Shown here: positions 62,254-64,000 of the stretch, in pieces
Layout: each line of letters opens with the position of its first letter
Position numbering within the stretch: the first letter of the stretch is position 1
From: a virus
IMG/VR virus record: IMGVR_UViG_3300048798_000032
Span: 1-64,000 of that record
DNA: 64,000 nucleotides
Reading direction: 5' to 3' (one strand)
Notes under the pieces: generated by a model
What the model was told of the DNA's origin: nothing
The model's input: only the letters and a program-made list of their open reading frames with translations
Databases searched by the model: none
Translations under genes and position numbers: made by a program

Positions 62254-62706
62254 ATGGCTGAACCACTCCACGTCGGCACCCTCAGCGCTGACCATCTTTA
62301 CCGCGTCCTGGTGACCGGCAGCCGCACTTGGGACGATCCTGAAGCGGTCGTGTTCGAACTCGCCGGGCTGTCGCTCCAGCACGCGCCAATCGTCGTGATC
62401 CACGGTGCAGCCAGAGATGGTGCCGACCGGTTCGCCCGCTTGGCCGCGAACGCGATCGGCGTACCCGAGGAACCCCACCCGGCCGACTGGCACAAGTACA
62501 ACCGCCGCGCCGGGATGATCCGCAACGCCGAGATGGTGAAGGCTGGGGCCGATGTCTGCCTCGCCTTCATCATGCCCTGCCGCTTGGCGAGCTGTGACCG
62601 TGGCGGCCCGCACGGCACCCACGGGGCAACCCATTGTGCAGACCTAGCCGGGAAGGCAGCCATCGAAGTCCGGAGATTCACGAGCAGCAGCGGCGAGGAG
62701 ATGTAG
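62254..62706 (+). CDS. DUF2493/YspA-like SLOG protein
   Basis: RVLVTGSR.W, IHGAARDGAD, HPADW, AGMIRNAEMV. Confidence 0.85.
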   Translation: MAEPLHVGTLSADHLYRVLVTGSRTWDDPEAVVFELAGLSLQHAPIVVIHGAARDGADRFARLAANAIGVPEEPHPADWHKYNRRAGMIRNAEMVKAGADVCLAFIMPCRLASCDRGGPHGTHGATHCADLAGKAAIEVRRFTSSSGEEM

Positions 62707-62815
62707 CCATCTTGCCGGGCAGTACAGCAAGCAAGACGCTTACGGAGCACTACAGGAAGCGGCATGACGGTTAATTGCGTTGCCCGATCAGCCCCGAAGA
62801 TGGAGAGTCCTGAAC

Positions 62816-64000
62816 ATGGAAATGCTGACCAAGCACCTGATGAACTGGGCGTCGATCCTGGAGCCGAACACTCTGGAGCAGGCGCGGCGCACCTCCGAGA
62901 TGCCGTTCATCCATCCTTGGGTGGCATTGATGCCAGACGCCCATCTCGGCAAGGGCTCCACGGTCGGCTCCGTCATCCCCACCCTCGGCGCGATCATGCC
63001 CGCGGCGGTCGGGGTCGACATCGGCTGCGTAGACGCTCAGAGCGAGTACCTGTCACCGTCTGGCTGGCGCAAGATCAGTGAGTACCGCGGCGGTCCCGTC
63101 ATGCAGTACGAACCGCTCACCGGACTAGCCCGGTTCGTAGAGCCGTCGGCCTACATCGTGAAGGCGTGCGAGGAGTTCTACCAGCTTAAGACCAAATACG
63201 GCATCGACCAGATGCTGTCCGCCGATCATCGCGTCCTCTGCTGGAAGATCACGGGCCGCGCTAGGTGCCGGGTCATGATGGTGATCCCCGCCGCTGATTT
63301 CGCGGCTGAGCACGCTCGACTGAGGCAGGGATTCAAGGCGGAGTTCAAGACTACGTTCACGCCGGACTTGGATACCAAAGTCGATCTGAGTGATGCGCAG
63401 ATTCGGGTGCAGGTCATGGCAAACGCCGACAGCACCTTGAATCACGGGGCAGCCGTCCTTCATCTCCAGAAGGAACGCAAGATCACGCGCGCCCGGCAAC
63501 TCCTCGCTGATGCCGGTATCGCCTGGACAGAAAACGCCAACCGGGACGGCACCGCGACCATCCGGTTCCACGCGCCGATCGCGGAGAAGTCCTACGAGCC
63601 ATTCTGGGAAGCGTCGGCCGCGCAACTTGCGGTGATCGCGGAGGAATGCTTGCTCTGGGATGGCAATCTGGATGACCGCTGCTTCTACACCAGAACCCGC
63701 GCCGAAGCCGACTTCATCCAGTACGCGTTCACGGCCTGCGGCTACCGCGCCGTGCTCCGCTCGGATGACCACTACCGGGATGGACAGCCCGACTACCGCG
63801 TGTTTGCCAACACCAACACCATGATCAGCATGAGTGGTGTTCCCAAAACCGAGATCACCACAGAGCCAAGCCCCGACGGCTACGCCTACTGTTTCACCGT
63901 CCCGTCGGGCTTCTGGGTGATGCGCAGGGGTGGCAACGTGGCCATGACCGGCAACTGCGGTATGCATGCCGTTCAGACGAGCCTGACTGCGGCCGACGTC
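62816..64000 (+). CDS. rtcB: RtcB RNA ligase with intein, 5' part (absent from ORF track because open at window end)
   Basis: ALMPDAHLGKGSTVGSVI...PAAVGVDIG|intein|CGMHAV; frame open to the end. Confidence 0.92.
   Translation, partial: MEMLTKHLMNWASILEPNTLEQARRTSEMPFIHPWVALMPDAHLGKGSTVGSVIPTLGAIMPAAVGVDIGCVDAQSEYLSPSGWRKISEYRGGPVMQYEPLTGLARFVEPSAYIVKACEEFYQLKTKYGIDQMLSADHRVLCWKITGRARCRVMMVIPAADFAAEHARLRQGFKAEFKTTFTPDLDTKVDLSDAQIRVQVMANADSTLNHGAAVLHLQKERKITRARQLLADAGIAWTENANRDGTATIRFHAPIAEKSYEPFWEASAAQLAVIAEECLLWDGNLDDRCFYTRTRAEADFIQYAFTACGYRAVLRSDDHYRDGQPDYRVFANTNTMISMSGVPKTEITTEPSPDGYAYCFTVPSGFWVMRRGGNVAMTGNCGMHAVQTSLTAADV
63026..63955 (+). mobile_element. intein in RtcB (310 aa)
   Basis: CVDAQSEYLSPSGW, SADHRV, YCFTVPSG, TGN|C; degenerate LAGLIDADG blocks (VMANADS, CLLWDG). 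Confidence 0.88.

Overview
High-GC actinobacterial phage or prophage segment; no integrase, capsid or tail gene lies in the window. Left part (- strand): portal, terminase large subunit with a class-3 intein, terminase small subunit and a packaging-type HNH, interrupted by + strand cassettes: small morons with a tRNA-like RNA, and a repeat-rich region followed by a sliding clamp and a DUF3631-type NTPase. Middle: an actinomycete plasmid/AICE-type transfer module (Spd-like, TraB/FtsK, clt-like repeats, wall hydrolases, WhiB, GntR/KorSA-like), two complete IS605 (tnpA+tnpB) elements, two orphan IS right ends and a repressor/cro switch. Right part (+ strand): early and replication genes (alpha-CTD-like, BldC-like, SSAP-like, exonuclease, HNH, C5 methylase, initiator, HD, MazG, SLOG, RtcB with intein). 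The standout locus is 42.7-44.9 kb: a stand-alone Cas7/RAMP-like gene flanked by six non-coding tracts of phased NN-GGY pentamers, punctuated by four mini tRNA-like (acceptor + T-arm) elements, with its own promoter, a divergent HTH and an accessory gene. It is a candidate non-CRISPR RNA-guided system. All family calls come from motif recognition by eye; no database search was run.
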